A DNA stretch of 64,000 bases from Mytilus californianus (Eukaryota). The notes under the pieces are model-generated. The model made no database searches. It saw only the letters and a list, made by a program, of their open reading frames with translations, and was not told the DNA's origin. The stretch lies in contig NW_026262734.1 in the NCBI RefSeq assembly GCF_021869535.1, positions 64,108,001-64,172,000 of the forward strand, given 5' to 3'. This document shows positions 11,759 through 24,090 of this stretch, one piece after another; the first letter of the stretch is position 1, and the number at the start of each line of letters is the position of its first letter. Made by a program: the position numbers and the translations under genes.

Positions 11759-12453
11759 TGTAAGATCAAGTCATTCGTAAACACCTGCAATAAATACAAA
11801 AGGTTGTGACATTGTAAGATCAAGTCATCAGTAAACACCTGCAATAAATACAAAAGGTTGTGACATTGTAAGATCAAGTCATCAGTAAACACCTGCAATA
11901 AATACAAAAGGTTGTGACATTGTAAGATCAAGTCATCAGTAAACACCTGCAATAAATACAAAAGGTTGTGACATTGTAAGATCAAGTCATCAGTAAACAC
12001 CTGCAATAATACAAAAGGTTGTGACATTGTAAGATCAAGTCATCAGTAAACACCTGCAATAAATACAAAAGGTTGTGACATTGTAAGATCAAGTCATCAG
12101 TAAACACCTACAATAATACAAAAGGTTGTGACATTGTACATGTTGTAAGATCAAGTCATCAGTAAACACCTACAATACTACAAAAGGTTGTGACATTGTA
12201 AGATCAAGTCATCAGTAAACACCTGCAATAAATACAAAAGGTTGTGACATTGTAAGATCAAGTCATCAGTAAACACCTGCAATAATACAAAAGGTTGTGA
12301 CATTGTAAGATCAAGTCATCAGTAAACACCTGCAATAATACAAAAGGTTGTGACATTGTAAGATCAAGTCATCAGTAAACACCTGCAATAATACAAAAGG
12401 TTGTGACATTGTAAGATCAAGTCATCAGTATACACCTGCAATAAATACAAAAG
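11749..12453 (-). repeat. 13-copy tandem array of a 53/54-bp unit containing the MZT2 3' splice site and start codon
   Basis: Units start at 11749, 11803, 11857, 11911, 11965, 12018, 12072, 12125, 12187, 12241, 12294, 12347 and 12400. Minus-strand unit: cttttgtatttattgcag|gtgtttactgatgacttgatcttacaATGtcacaac. Confidence 0.97.
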
Positions 12454-13840
12454 GCAATGAATGAAATATTAAAATACAATTTTGTATTCATGGTATTTGT
12501 ACAAATATACAATGTATTATTTTAATATTATATGAATTAGACTTGGGATGTCATGGATATAGTTCTGCTAATTTGGCTTCTTATACATTTCTGATCTGGT
12601 TTAATATTTCAGTGTTTACAGGGACACATATTGAGTAGATTACATACAGCTATGACAAAAAAGGGTATGTGGGAAGACTCCATTTTGTGTAATTCCAAGA
12701 TTAAACATGTTAAAGGAGAATTGTTATAAGACCAATTTTTCAGCACCTTGAATTTGAAAATAAAAAAGTATTAAAAATCTTTTTAGTATTAAACTTCCTT
12801 CATATGTTGTAACGAAGATAGTCTCCCAGATATCACATTTTCAGTATTTTTATTTTTGAATTTTCGCTTAAACATTTACTGGATAGCTTCAAACTTCTTC
12901 CACTTTTTGCAAAAGCTGCTAAATAGCCTCATTCTGAGATCTTGTCATTAAAATTAAGCAATGAACAAAGACCTTACATAAAAATGTATTTTGCTACATG
13001 TATAAGATGTCCTGCACAAAGATCTAAATAAAGGTAAAATGATTTATGGTAAGGTCTAAGATTGCATCTTATTTTGTCTAAAACAATATGTATAATGGCC
13101 TTTAAAGGTCAAATGTCAGTTGTTATGATGATTTGATGTCACAGTGACATCACAACTGACATATACAGTCAGGGGAATTACTGAAGTAAGTAATTTTTAA
13201 ATCACTCATTTAAGTAGAAAATTGGTAATTCTGTGATTTTATAGTTTTATCAAAATTTTAAATATACAGGTTTAGATTATATCTAATTATTAGTAAAACT
13301 GAAAAAAATGGACCTTTTGCTTCTTTTAAGTAGCAAGGTTTATGCCGTTGATGCAGTCACTCATCTGTAAATTCTAAATTTGTTGAAAAAAATGCTATAA
13401 TGAAGGCTTTACATAATGATCTAGTACTTTCTTAACAGATTTTTTCCAGCAGTGGGAGTATTTTTCCAGTAAAATTCAAGGTTTCAGCTTACAGATTAAA
13501 TGCAATAAAATTTTACTTTCGGGGGTGTTGAAAATAGTGGGGGGTAATTAAAGAAATAATATTGAAAGAAGTGATTTTTTAAAAGAAAATAGAGGTTTGA
13601 TTCTTAAACAAGTGATTTTCATGTTATTATCCCAGATTCAGTACAGGGTCATCACCTGACATGACTGGTCATCCTATAAACGCTGATGTTGGTTCTGATA
13701 ATTTTAGCATCATAATTAGTTCCAGGATCATTAATATTATAAATTTAAAGCTACAATAAAATTCAATCACTTAGTCTAGTGATTTATTTGTACTACTTAA
13801 AAAGGTGATTATTAAAGTAAGACTACTCTTATTAATATTA

Positions 13841-15835
13841 CCCAAGTCAAAGTGGACAGCAGTTCTTTAGCAGTTTATTAGCATTCACAGTTCTTACTCG
13901 ACAGCTGTTCTTTAGCAGTTCATTAGCATTCACAGTTGCCAAATTCAAGGCAATAGTTAATTTGCATATAGGCATTCCAATAGCATTCCATAGCAGTTTC
14001 TTAGCAGTTTATTTAGCCTTCACAGTTATTTAGCAGTTATTTGTGACGAAAAATTTAAATGAGATACTCAAAAACTGCTATCTTCTCTGAATATTCATGA
14101 GAACTGTTATAATAACAGCTATCAATAATGAATATTCATAGAAACTGCTAAGTTGTATATCCTAATATGGTTTTCTAAACTGCTAATAACTGCTATGAAA
14201 TGGAATGCTGTCCCAAGTCAGGAGCCTCTGGCCTTTGTTAGTCTTGTATGTTTCTTAGTTTTAGTTCATTTACATGGTTTGGAGTTTAGTGTGAAGTCCA
14301 TTTTCACTGAACTAGCACACAATTTTATTTAGGGGCCAGTTGAGGACCACCTTCGGGTGCGGGATTTTCTCGCTGCATTGAAGACCCATTGGTGGCCTTC
14401 GGCTGTTGTCTGCTCTTTGGTCGGGTTGTTGTCTCTTTGACATAATTATATTCCCCATTTCCATTCTCAATTTTATTGTCAGATCTGTCAAAAGTTGGAA
14501 TACAAAGGTACACATGAATATATACAGTGTACAAGATATGAATGCAAAAATAAAATTCTAATATTTTACTGCAAGTCTTGTCGAAATTTCAAAAAGTTGT
14601 ACCAACTTATATTTGTAATTTGAGCAGTAACTGCAATCAAATGACTCTATTTTAATCCAATAACAGACTTGTTAAGGGGTGTAAACATGCTTTGTGAGTA
14701 CTGTACCTGGCCTTATACCCCTTATTAATTATGTCAGTGGCAGAATTATAGGAACAGTTAAGCATTATAATGCACTTTAAATATCAGTGCTTATAAAAAG
14801 CAACTTATTCAATAAGAGTGGTTACTTAAGAGACTATTTATTACCTTGACTAATTGATATTCAGATTAAAAGTTATTTTATTTTTAGTATTATTTAATTA
14901 CCAAATGTACTACTAATTTCTCTTCTACTATATATATTTTGTGTGGACCAAAAGAAAACAGTTATCTCCTCTTTCTCTTTTGGAATTAAACAAAATAATT
15001 CTTAATACATGTAATATATTATGTTTCCACTTTCTGAAACAAACTTAAGTAACATATATTAACTTCATTAAATGGATTGTTTGGTCAATATTAAACAATC
15101 AATATGTGACCTAGGTTTTCCTAATATTCCCTCCCCCTTTTTCAACTCTTGAATATGATTTATTTTTGGGTTTTTTTACAAAACTATACTAAAATATTCA
15201 TATTTTTATTTTCAAATAACATCTTGCACTGTTAGTATATGCTAGTATTTTATTACAATCCTATCATCATCAGATATTCTATTTGAATAAACAACTATCC
15301 CCCCTTTTTTGGGCTTTCTGTATTATTTCTGTTTTTCCCTACAAAGTTATGTCAGAAAATACATGTGTATTATCTGTAACTTCAACTTACTGTACTGCAG
15401 GTGTGAGAAATTATTCCATTTAGCCCAAATTAAACTTTATAATTGACAAAAATACAGTTTTTCACTAGCAAGTATTAACACACAACTTGGAGCCAAAATG
15501 CACATTTGAAAATGATGAAATAACCTTCAAATAAAGGTTTACTATCAAGCTGAAAACACAGCCAGATCCAAGCATTTTTATAACAAAGATTAAAACCAAA
15601 ACTGCTATCAAACTGCTATTGAACTGCTGTCATATCTGTTGTCAATTGACAAAAAACAGTTTAGAAGGTAGATCCAGACTGCTAAGAGGAATGCTAAGAA
15701 ATGGTGAAATAAGGCAGTTTCTCAAACTGCTATTAGATGGAATGCTATGAACAGCTGAAAGACTGCTAAAAATATGAAGAACTGGTAAATAACAGCTAAT
15801 AAACTGCTAATGATAGCAGTTCAGTTTGACTTGGG
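13841..15835. mobile_element. Non-autonomous CMC/EnSpm (CACTA-like) element
   Basis: TIR CCCAAGTCAAA/TTTGACTTGGG, TA on both flanks, and dense AGCAGTT/AACTGCT subterminal repeats at both ends. Confidence 0.7.
14210..14477 (+). mobile_element. SINE-like interspersed repeat nested in the CMC element
   Basis: gtcccaagtcaggagcctctggcc... to ...ccattctcaattttatt. It shares the cccaagtcaggagcc motif with the 8270 family and interrupts the subterminal repeats. Confidence 0.55.
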
Positions 15836-17279
15836 TAAGTACCATGAGTACTGGCAACCTTTCTGGACAAAAGTTACTTGAATAAGTGATTTAAGAAATC
15901 ACTCATTGAAGTAATTCCCCTAAATTGATATATATCCTTTTCAGTTATATAAATATATCAATTAAAACAGTACAAGATATTTTGAGAGGATTGAAAAGTT
16001 TTACTATTATTGTATTTTCAGGAGCCAGGTAATAGCTAATATCACCCCTACTCCTATGTACAGAATTACATTTAAAACTTAAACATTTAAGATATAAGCT
16101 TTAAACTATAAATTTGCAAACAAATCATGTTAATGTTCTGACATCCTTAAAAAAAAACAGACACAACAACTGACATAAAAAGTATAATTATAATTATCAT
16201 GATTATCACGATTATAGTTCAATATATCAAAGCATTAAATTTTAAAAGGAATACTGATGTGACAGTAAACAGAATAATTTCAAAAAATTAAAAAAGCAGG
16301 CCTAGGACTTTAATGCTATAACATCCACAAAATTAAGACATGTGTAAAACAAAATTTGCAATATATATATACTGTCATTACTGTGGTATGTTGAATTGCT
16401 TTTCTGGTGACTTGTTGCCTTTCAATTTTGGAAAAATATTGCAAAATATTGCTTATCTTCCTGGGTTGACCCCATGAGTTATTTCTAAAAAAAAATCAAT
16501 ATCCTTTGCAATTATACTTGATAGTGTCTTGATCATGACTTGTTTTAAATTTTGAATTTGAACTTACTTATTATTAAAGTTTTCATTATGCTAACTTTTA
16601 TGCCTAGCATGTCTAGTCTTTAATGGAACCATGATGGCAAATTAAGTTCTTCTTTAGTAAATATAACCAATAATTTGGATGCGAAGATATCACATCTACA
16701 AAATGTATGATTCGTATATATACACTGTACCATCATAACTATCTGATTTTGTTACAACTTGTCTATGTATACAATCGATGTATACATAGACAAGTTTTCA
16801 ATTTCGATTTCATGAATGGGGAAAACACGTTATTGGACATTGTGCTGTGAATATATAAATGTATTTATAAAATCAAGGATTTGCACAGTTCTACTATACA
16901 AATCCTTGATGATTGATTGATATTGTTGGTTGCTTAACGTCCAGTGGCACAATTCCATGACAAAATACATGTAACATACATAATTTGGTAATGGTGATTT
17001 TTAAGAATTATGTGAGCTATTTCCCAATTTTTTTTACGATATACGAAACTGATGTAGTAATAAAATTTAAAGTTATTTCATTAATTAAATTATTATTAAA
17101 TTAAAAAAAATTAAATTAATCCTCTTCACCTTTCTACATAGGTAAAATCTGCCTCATATATTTTACTTTTGAAATAACCTTTCAATCATCAGTTTCAATA
17201 ATTGGTCTTGATGTGTCTGCATAGATTGAACATATACATGTATATTGAAACAAGCCGGTTAGCTGGTTAGTGTTTGGAC

Positions 17280-17560
17280 ATACTTCACTTCACTTCAACC
17301 GGAAGTAGATATTTTGTCAACAAATGTAGGAATAATTTTTACTACGTAAAAATAATCCCCTGAACATGTGGTCTTTTTGGAATGGTTGCATGTATTTTTT
17401 TGTGCATATCTAATTTGAAAAATTTATTTGACTATCAAAATGATTTTTTCCATTGTAATGAATATAAATAGATTAGAATATTTCAACAGCGGAAGTCGTA
17501 TGCATAAATGATATTCAGCGATGACGTTGGTCACTGTCATCAGACCATTTTTCGTTTGAC
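17280..17560. promoter_or_regulatory. Putative bidirectional promoter between MZT2 and OSBP
   Basis: Genes are head-to-head. ETS-type motifs CCGGAAGT (17299-17306) and GCGGAAGT (17489-17496) and a CRE-like ATGACGTT (17521-17528) are present. The MZT2 non-coding first exon is inferred but not located. Confidence 0.5.
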
Positions 17561-17586
17561 TTGTATTTGCTGTCTTTTAATAAGTC

Positions 17587-17711
17587 ATGGCCGAAACCAG
17601 GCCTCAACACCAAGCCCAATATAGAGGCTGGCTGTACAAATGGACAAACTATCTTCGTGGTTATCAAAAACGATGGTTTGTTCTTCAAAACGGACTACTG
17701 TCCTACTACAG
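17587..17711 (+). CDS. OSBP: OSBP exon 1 (PH domain N-half)
   Basis: [41 protein letters not shown](R), donor AG|gttggt. Confidence 0.95.
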
Positions 17712-18179
17712 GTTGGTTTCCTGATCTGGCTAGACCACATCAAAACTATATCCACAATACTTAAGTTAGTTTATGCTGAATGAGACAATTGCATTTACAT
17801 TTTCCATATATAAATGGTCATATTCTGTTGAAAAATATAGACCTTACCTCTATTTTGGAATCTGCTACAGCCTACAGTTGACCTGAGAATATATAGACCT
17901 TTAATATAGCTATTTGGCAATCTGGAACACTTGACCTCAGAATTTGCAACACTCGAACCATTGAGGTCACACAACAATTGCTTTTCCTTTGTGGCATCAG
18001 ACATGTTTTATTGTGACATCAACATTTTATGGAAACCTTTGTGATGTCCAGTAATGCCTAATGGTGGACAAATAGCAATCCGATGTATTTGCATGACCAT
18101 GATGACTTGAACTATTGACAACATCACATAGCATTTAATGTTGATTCCTGGTCTAGTGCTTATGCTTGAAGGCTACAGT

Positions 18180-18400
18180 GCTGAAGGTCCCGTGTTTCAT
18201 CCCGACTTGGAATGCTGAGATTTTCACCCTCTCACACATTTCTGGTACCCTGACCAAGTTGGTATGTTGTGGGCCTCGGTTGGTCAAAGTGGTCCCTTCC
18301 AAGTTGTCTGGTTGTTCTCTACGAGTATTTCGGCTTTCTCCACCATAATAACAGACTTCTGGGTGTCCTAACACTACCTTACTGTTGGATTGGGGATTTT
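18180..18400 (+). mobile_element. Degenerate SINE with a V-domain-like segment
   Basis: ttctctacgagtatttcggctttctccacc resembles the V-SINE central motif. The match is by eye only. Confidence 0.35.
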
Positions 18401-18471
18401 TCCTTGGTGGTGGGTTATACAGAAGTTAGTGACACATCTCCATTTGTCCTGTAAGGGAGTGTACATGGATA

Positions 18472-19177
18472 CAGTGAAACTTCTCTAAACTGGTCCCTTT
18501 GAATATCGGTTCTCCCCTCATACCGGCCAGATCAAGAAGTCCTGGCCGATTTGTATTTAATTAAATGGTCATGCAAATATTGACTCCTACAAGTCAATAA
18601 GTTACCAAAATTGGTAAACTTAAAGACCCAAGCATATTTATAAAAAGGTCATGCATCTACATGAAATTATGACAACTTTGAAAGACAATGCTTTGTCTTC
18701 TAAGGAAAAATATGCATGAGAGCCTAAAAAAACGGAGATAATGTTTATTAACCTTACAATGCAACCATCTGGAATCACACAAAATGAGGAAAATAATCTA
18801 TGTTAAGTAAAAATGTTCAATTAGATAATTAATTATAGATAGCTCAGGTACTTGTGAACTCTTAGACAGGCTTAGGATGTCATAGGTGGTGCAGTTTGGC
18901 TACCAATTAAAATTAAGTCTTTTCATAAAAATAAATAGACCTAAACAAGTCTGTCATTTTCTGACTTAAATAAGTCTGAAAATGAAAGTACATTTTTATA
19001 AGAAATACATCTTTTGACTTATGCAAGTCAAAAATAAAAACCGACTTGTTTATGTCTGAGCCCTGACTGTTGAAGGGAAGTAACCCTTATGATTTCAATT
19101 TTCAACAAACCAGCCACAACCGCAAACTGGCCGTTTTCCGTGGTCCAACGGGTGGCGGGTTTTGAGAAGTTTCACTG
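18472..19177. mobile_element. Tc1/mariner-pogo type MITE
   Basis: TIR CAGTGAAACTTCTC/GAGAAGTTTCACTG with TA on both sides. Confidence 0.75.
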
Positions 19178-20203
19178 TACCCTGGCAGCCTTCGAGTGGA
19201 GCTCTGAATAACGGAGGTATCTACCAGTACATACATTTCCTTTGTGGTGTTTAACATTTTCTATTGTGATGTCAAAATTTTATGGGGAACCCTTGTGATG
19301 TAAAGTAATGGCAGAGAAATTGAATACTTCCAGTTCGTGTACTTTCCTGTTAATTTCCATCGTCACAATGCTTATGTTATTATGTCACAGTACTTATAAA
19401 CTGATTGTCCAATGACGTCATTCACACAGATGGACCTTTGGTGAACTGGTGCAACTCATTTAAAACAGCAACTTGAGATTAGTGTATACATGTCATGCAT
19501 GTTGCGATGAGGTGTGTTGAATGTTCAATAACTTAAAAAATAATGGCATATGGTAGATTTACTTAGAAATGCCTTCTCTTATTTAGCTAACAATGGAATG
19601 GTGATTCAGTACCCCCAAAAAAACGTGTATACAGAGATATTTCAGAGTGAACCGTCATACTCCTTATCACTATTTGTCTGCCATTACTGGACATCTTAGA
19701 GTGACCAAAAAATTTTACATCACAAGAGAAAAGTGTTTTATGTATCACATTAGTTGTTCAAGACATCATGTACATGTGTCACAAACTTCCAAATAGCAAT
19801 AAGGTCTATCGATACCGCTTAAACATGATTTTTAGATCCATGTCATATTGTATGAAGGTCTAGCTGTGTTTAAAATTTACTGAACATACATGACATAGAA
19901 TAATGGTCAAAAAGTGCAGAATAAAGGTATAAAAATAGTGGGTATTGCTTAAGTCATTTTATGATCACTAATATACATTGTACAAGAAATGTATATTATG
20001 TTGTATATGGAGCATCTGGATGGGGTCTTCTTATCTTTTATTCTTAAATTTTTCTAATATTTTTGCCCATTTTTCTCTATTTTTTAAGATATAGCACCCA
20101 ATTATTCTCTATTCTTTATTTTGTATTTTTTGCCCATGAATCTCTATTTTAAAACCCCATCTTCTAGACCCTTATGCATGAATATACAGTACATAATAAA
20201 TTG

Positions 20204-20345
20204 CAGAGGCAGATTTAGGGGAGGGCAGAGTGCCGCCCCCCCCCCCCCCCCCCTTTTGTTGGAAAAATTTGATTGATTTGTAAGGGAATCACTGAGGCAT
20301 GACTAAGCAGGCCCACTCTTATGAAAATTTCTGGATCTGCCACTG
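20204..20345. mobile_element. Short MITE with a poly-C tract
   Basis: Imperfect TIR cagaggcagatttag / ctggatctgccactg, with AATTG on both flanks. Confidence 0.6.
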
Positions 20346-20418
20346 AATTGAATATGGTCAACCTTAAGAGTTACAATTTTGATTTATGTAACTATATACA
20401 AATTTATGTTTTTTTCAG

Positions 20419-20624
20419 AAACCAAGCTGAGATGGCTCACACCTGCAGGGGAACTATTAACCTTGCCAATGCCTTTATACATACAGAAGATTCCAATACA
20501 ATTGTGATATCAAACAGCGGATCCTCTACATACTACCTGAAAGCAACATCGGAGGTAGAGCGACAGAAATGGGTAACTGCATTAGAATTGGCTAAAGCAG
20601 AAGCTGTCAAAATGCAAGATACTG
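20419..20624 (+). CDS. OSBP: OSBP exon 2 (PH domain C-half)
   Basis: ttttttcag|A; NQAEMAHTCRGTINLANA...YLKATSEVERQKWVTALELAK; G|gtaagg. Phases match the neighbouring exons. Confidence 0.95.
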
Positions 20625-21789
20625 GTAAGGACCTGAAATCTCACACTTAGCCCTAGTCTGTAAAATTTTTGATGTTAAATATGAATTATTCACACAGGTA
20701 ACGGTATGTTTTAAGGGTAGAATAATAGATTACACGATAAGCCCGCGTTTTTCATCTATTTACACTTTTTAAGAGGAAAGTAAATTTCATTTTAACAAGC
20801 TTCACCACTGGGGCTATATTTTGATATAGTTGTCATGGTTACAGTGGAAATTTTATGTGAAGAAATTGAGGAACAGGAAATATAAGTTCTATAAAAATTT
20901 ACATGTTTATTTGTCAACTATAAAAATCTGCAATTGTAAATTTTTATAGAACTATTTCCTGTACTTTAATATCTTCACATTAATTAAATTTCCACTATAA
21001 CCATTATAACAATTATTGAAGTATTTGTAGAAGAAGAACTCATACGTAAAGCATGTATATTTAATAGTCATTAATGCTCTAACAACATGTCTAATAGGTA
21101 AAAATCAATAATGACAGTATTAAACAATCTACAAGTAGTGTTGATATTACATAATAAAACAGTGTTCCTATGCTGCATGTGAATTAATTAAAACTTGACA
21201 AGGTTTTGATCTTCTCTTTTACTGTGGAGGCTAGTCTGTTACATATATACTCAGCAAATCAGTTTCTGCACCACTTCTTTCCAGTTTGAATTATTCTCTA
21301 GAGTGTCAGAGTTCAAGCTTTCTACTAATCTTTAATATTTTAATAAGATTGAAGAGAGTGTGTAGGGTATAAGTCATTGAGATAGTTCGCATTTAACAAA
21401 AAAACTTGCGACTTAAATTGATTGTTAGTCTTGAGCGATTGAGTAAACTTGCGATCAATTTTAGTTGTAAGATTTTTGTGATAAAAGACACAGACAACTA
21501 AAAAATATGCATGTTTTTTTTAAATTATCTGTAATGACTAGACTAGAGGAATTTTCATTTTTGTAGTGACAAATTGATTTTTTTTAATAAAAAAAGAAAA
21601 ATAACATGTTAATATTATTTCAGATATTTCTTATATTATTAAAAGAGATTTTCCAACAAAAATATTTTATGGATAAAAGAGATGCAGCAAAAGAATTTAA
21701 AACAAATTATGTTTGCATAGAAAGAAGTCTTTTTTAATATTTTTTATTAGAATGAATAGAGGGGGTAGGGTCAAGGACCAATTGAGTCG

Positions 21790-22889
21790 TCAACATTAAC
21801 TTTTACAAAAATCTTAACCTCTGAAACTACTGGGCCAAATTTAAGTAAACTTGGCTACAATCATTATAAGGGTACATGTATTTTTTTTTTTGAAAATGTG
21901 TCCAATGACCCCGCCTGTCATCCAAAATGGCTGTCATGGCTAAAATAGAACATAGGGGTAAAGTTCAAGGTTTGTCTATTATCTTGTAAACTGCATAAAA
22001 AGAGAAAATCTGACAATTGCAAATATGCTTAGAATGATGAGATCTACCTATTGTCCATTTACATCAAAACTGTCGGATGACATATATTAGGAGTTATTGC
22101 CCTTAATTGACAAATTTTACCATTTTTTTTTCTAATTTTGTCTATTATCTTGAAAATTGTAATAGATAAGATAGTGAGAAATCTTAAATAGCAAACAAGA
22201 TCTACAAATAAGTATGCATGGTCAAAATTGTCAGACAACTCCTTATGGGAGTTATTGTCCTTTAGCAAGACAAGATCTACAAATAAGTCAGAATATTTGA
22301 AATTGTCTGACGATTGTTTATTGGAGTTATTTCCCTTTACTGATGATTTTTACCAATATTTTGCATTTTTGCATAATATCTGAAAACTTTAATAGATAGA
22401 TAGAAACTTAAATAAGCAAAGATGATCAGCAAGACAAGATTGGCAAATAAGTTAACAGGGTTGAAATAATTTTGAAGACCCCTTATCATGCTTATTGGAG
22501 TTATCACCCTTTAATGATGATGTTTACCAATTTTGTGTGTTTTGCCTACTATCTGAAAAACTATAAACTTATATAATTAAAAAAGCAAAAATAATCAGCA
22601 AGCTAAGATCTACAAATAAGTCTCGATGGCTATAGTTATCATTTCACACCTTATTGGAGTTATTGTTCTTTAATGACGATTTTTACCCATTTTAGTGTTT
22701 TATAGTGCCTATTATCTTAAAAAGTTTTATAGATATATAGCCACTTTAAATAGCAAAATTGGTCAAGAAGACAAGAGATTTTTGTCATGAATTCTAGTCT
22801 AGTCCACATTGCTGGAGAGTGCCCATTGTGGAAGATGCACATAGACCTACATGTAGGTGAGCGACATATGCTCTTTAGAGCCTCTAGTT
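21790..22889 (+). mobile_element. Helentron-type non-autonomous element (HINE), 5'-truncated
   Basis: Core shared with 35337-36375. The 3' end ggtgagcgac...gctctttagagcctctagtt has a subTIR and hairpin. Confidence 0.6.
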
Positions 22890-23485
22890 TCATTTTGACC
22901 GTCATAAGTTTCACAAATTATCGACATTAAATCCACAGAATCCTAATGTAAGAATATAGATGCTGTGTGTTATTCTGTTCTTCAATATTATATTTCAACA
23001 TACATGTTTGACAGGAAACTAGACAAGTGATATATATGTTTACAAGGAAGTCAGCTCTTCTACATTAATTATGTTAATTGACTGGTTGTTACGATATGTT
23101 TGCTACATTTTGGATGATTGTATAATGAGAGCAGGAAGTTGTATCCTGTTTACAATGGTATAAACGTGTAATGTTATTTTACATAGAATTTTACCTTTCT
23201 CGTAAGGAAATGCATGGCAAATTTGACATTGCAATTTTTGTGTTAAACAGGGAAGAATCTTTTTTTGATTTTTCACCTGAACACTTTTGATATCATATTT
23301 TCATTTGATATTTTTATATACTTTTATTTAGTATTTTGTATATTTTCATTTGATATTTTATATAATTCCTCCTTATGTAATAATGCTGTATTTTGATTGG
23401 ATGAGAGACATGGTATTTTTCACCAATTTCTATGTATTGAGATTTTTTTTCTCTGCCGATGTATTTGTCATTTGGGAATTCCATG

Positions 23486-23517
23486 TGCCATGGTATTTGC
23501 TAGCAAATACCATGGCA
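23486..23517. repeat. Perfect 32-bp palindrome
   Basis: tgccatggtatttgctagcaaataccatggca is its own reverse complement. Confidence 0.9.
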
Positions 23518-23956
23518 GATGGGGAATACCATGTTTAAAAATTACCCAATGAAATTTTTTTTATTTTAATAGGACAAATTTAGGGTTATTCTTTATACAT
23601 GCAACTCCTACAACTGTTCCAAATGGAATATTTAGGGGAAAAAAACCATCATTATTGAATTTGTAGCGAATGACATAAAAATTCCGCAAACCTGTACTTT
23701 TAATGACGTCATAAATAAAATTCAACGGAAACACATTGTCAACGTCGGAGATATATATACAGTCACTGACTATGGATACACAATTATCAGAAATGATTAT
23801 TCCGCCAATGCAATTTGACTGCGCAATTTATAGCACAGCTGCAGTATATACAAAAATTATATAGTCAATTGGAAACTCCATATGATATATACCTGATTGC
23901 AATAAAATTTCTGAGGTGAAGATGGATACAAAGAACATTCGGTGGAATTAAACAAT

Positions 23957-24090
23957 TATATCATGCTTACAAGGGGTATTTGCCAAAAATACCGATTTCG
24001 AGGTAAACAAATTTCCCTTGCCTAACGGCTCTGGAAATTTGAACCTCTCAACCGGTATTTTTGGCAAATACCCCTTGTAAGCATGATATA
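23957..24090. mobile_element. 134-bp foldback MITE
   Basis: Perfect 38-bp inverted arms (23957-23994 and 24053-24090) plus imperfect inner pairing. Confidence 0.8.

Larger units (their letters stand above)
13166..15927. mobile_element. MITE-like element hosting a nested CMC/EnSpm-like insertion
   Basis: Imperfect TIR cagtcaggggaattact / agtaattcccctaaattg in a TA-rich context. Confidence 0.45.

Noticed and set aside
11725-12027. 100-aa repetitive ORF as an independent gene
   Set aside because: It is a read-through of the tandem unit and is relevant only as a possible uORF of MZT2.
11749-12453. CRISPR-like array (also considered for 45701-46738 and 55120-55235)
   Set aside because: There are no unique spacers and no cas genes, and the context is an intron-rich eukaryotic locus.
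12714-13101. Possible TTAA-flanked Kolobok-type MITE (AGG...CCT)
   Set aside because: The TIR match beyond three bases is too weak to support a call.
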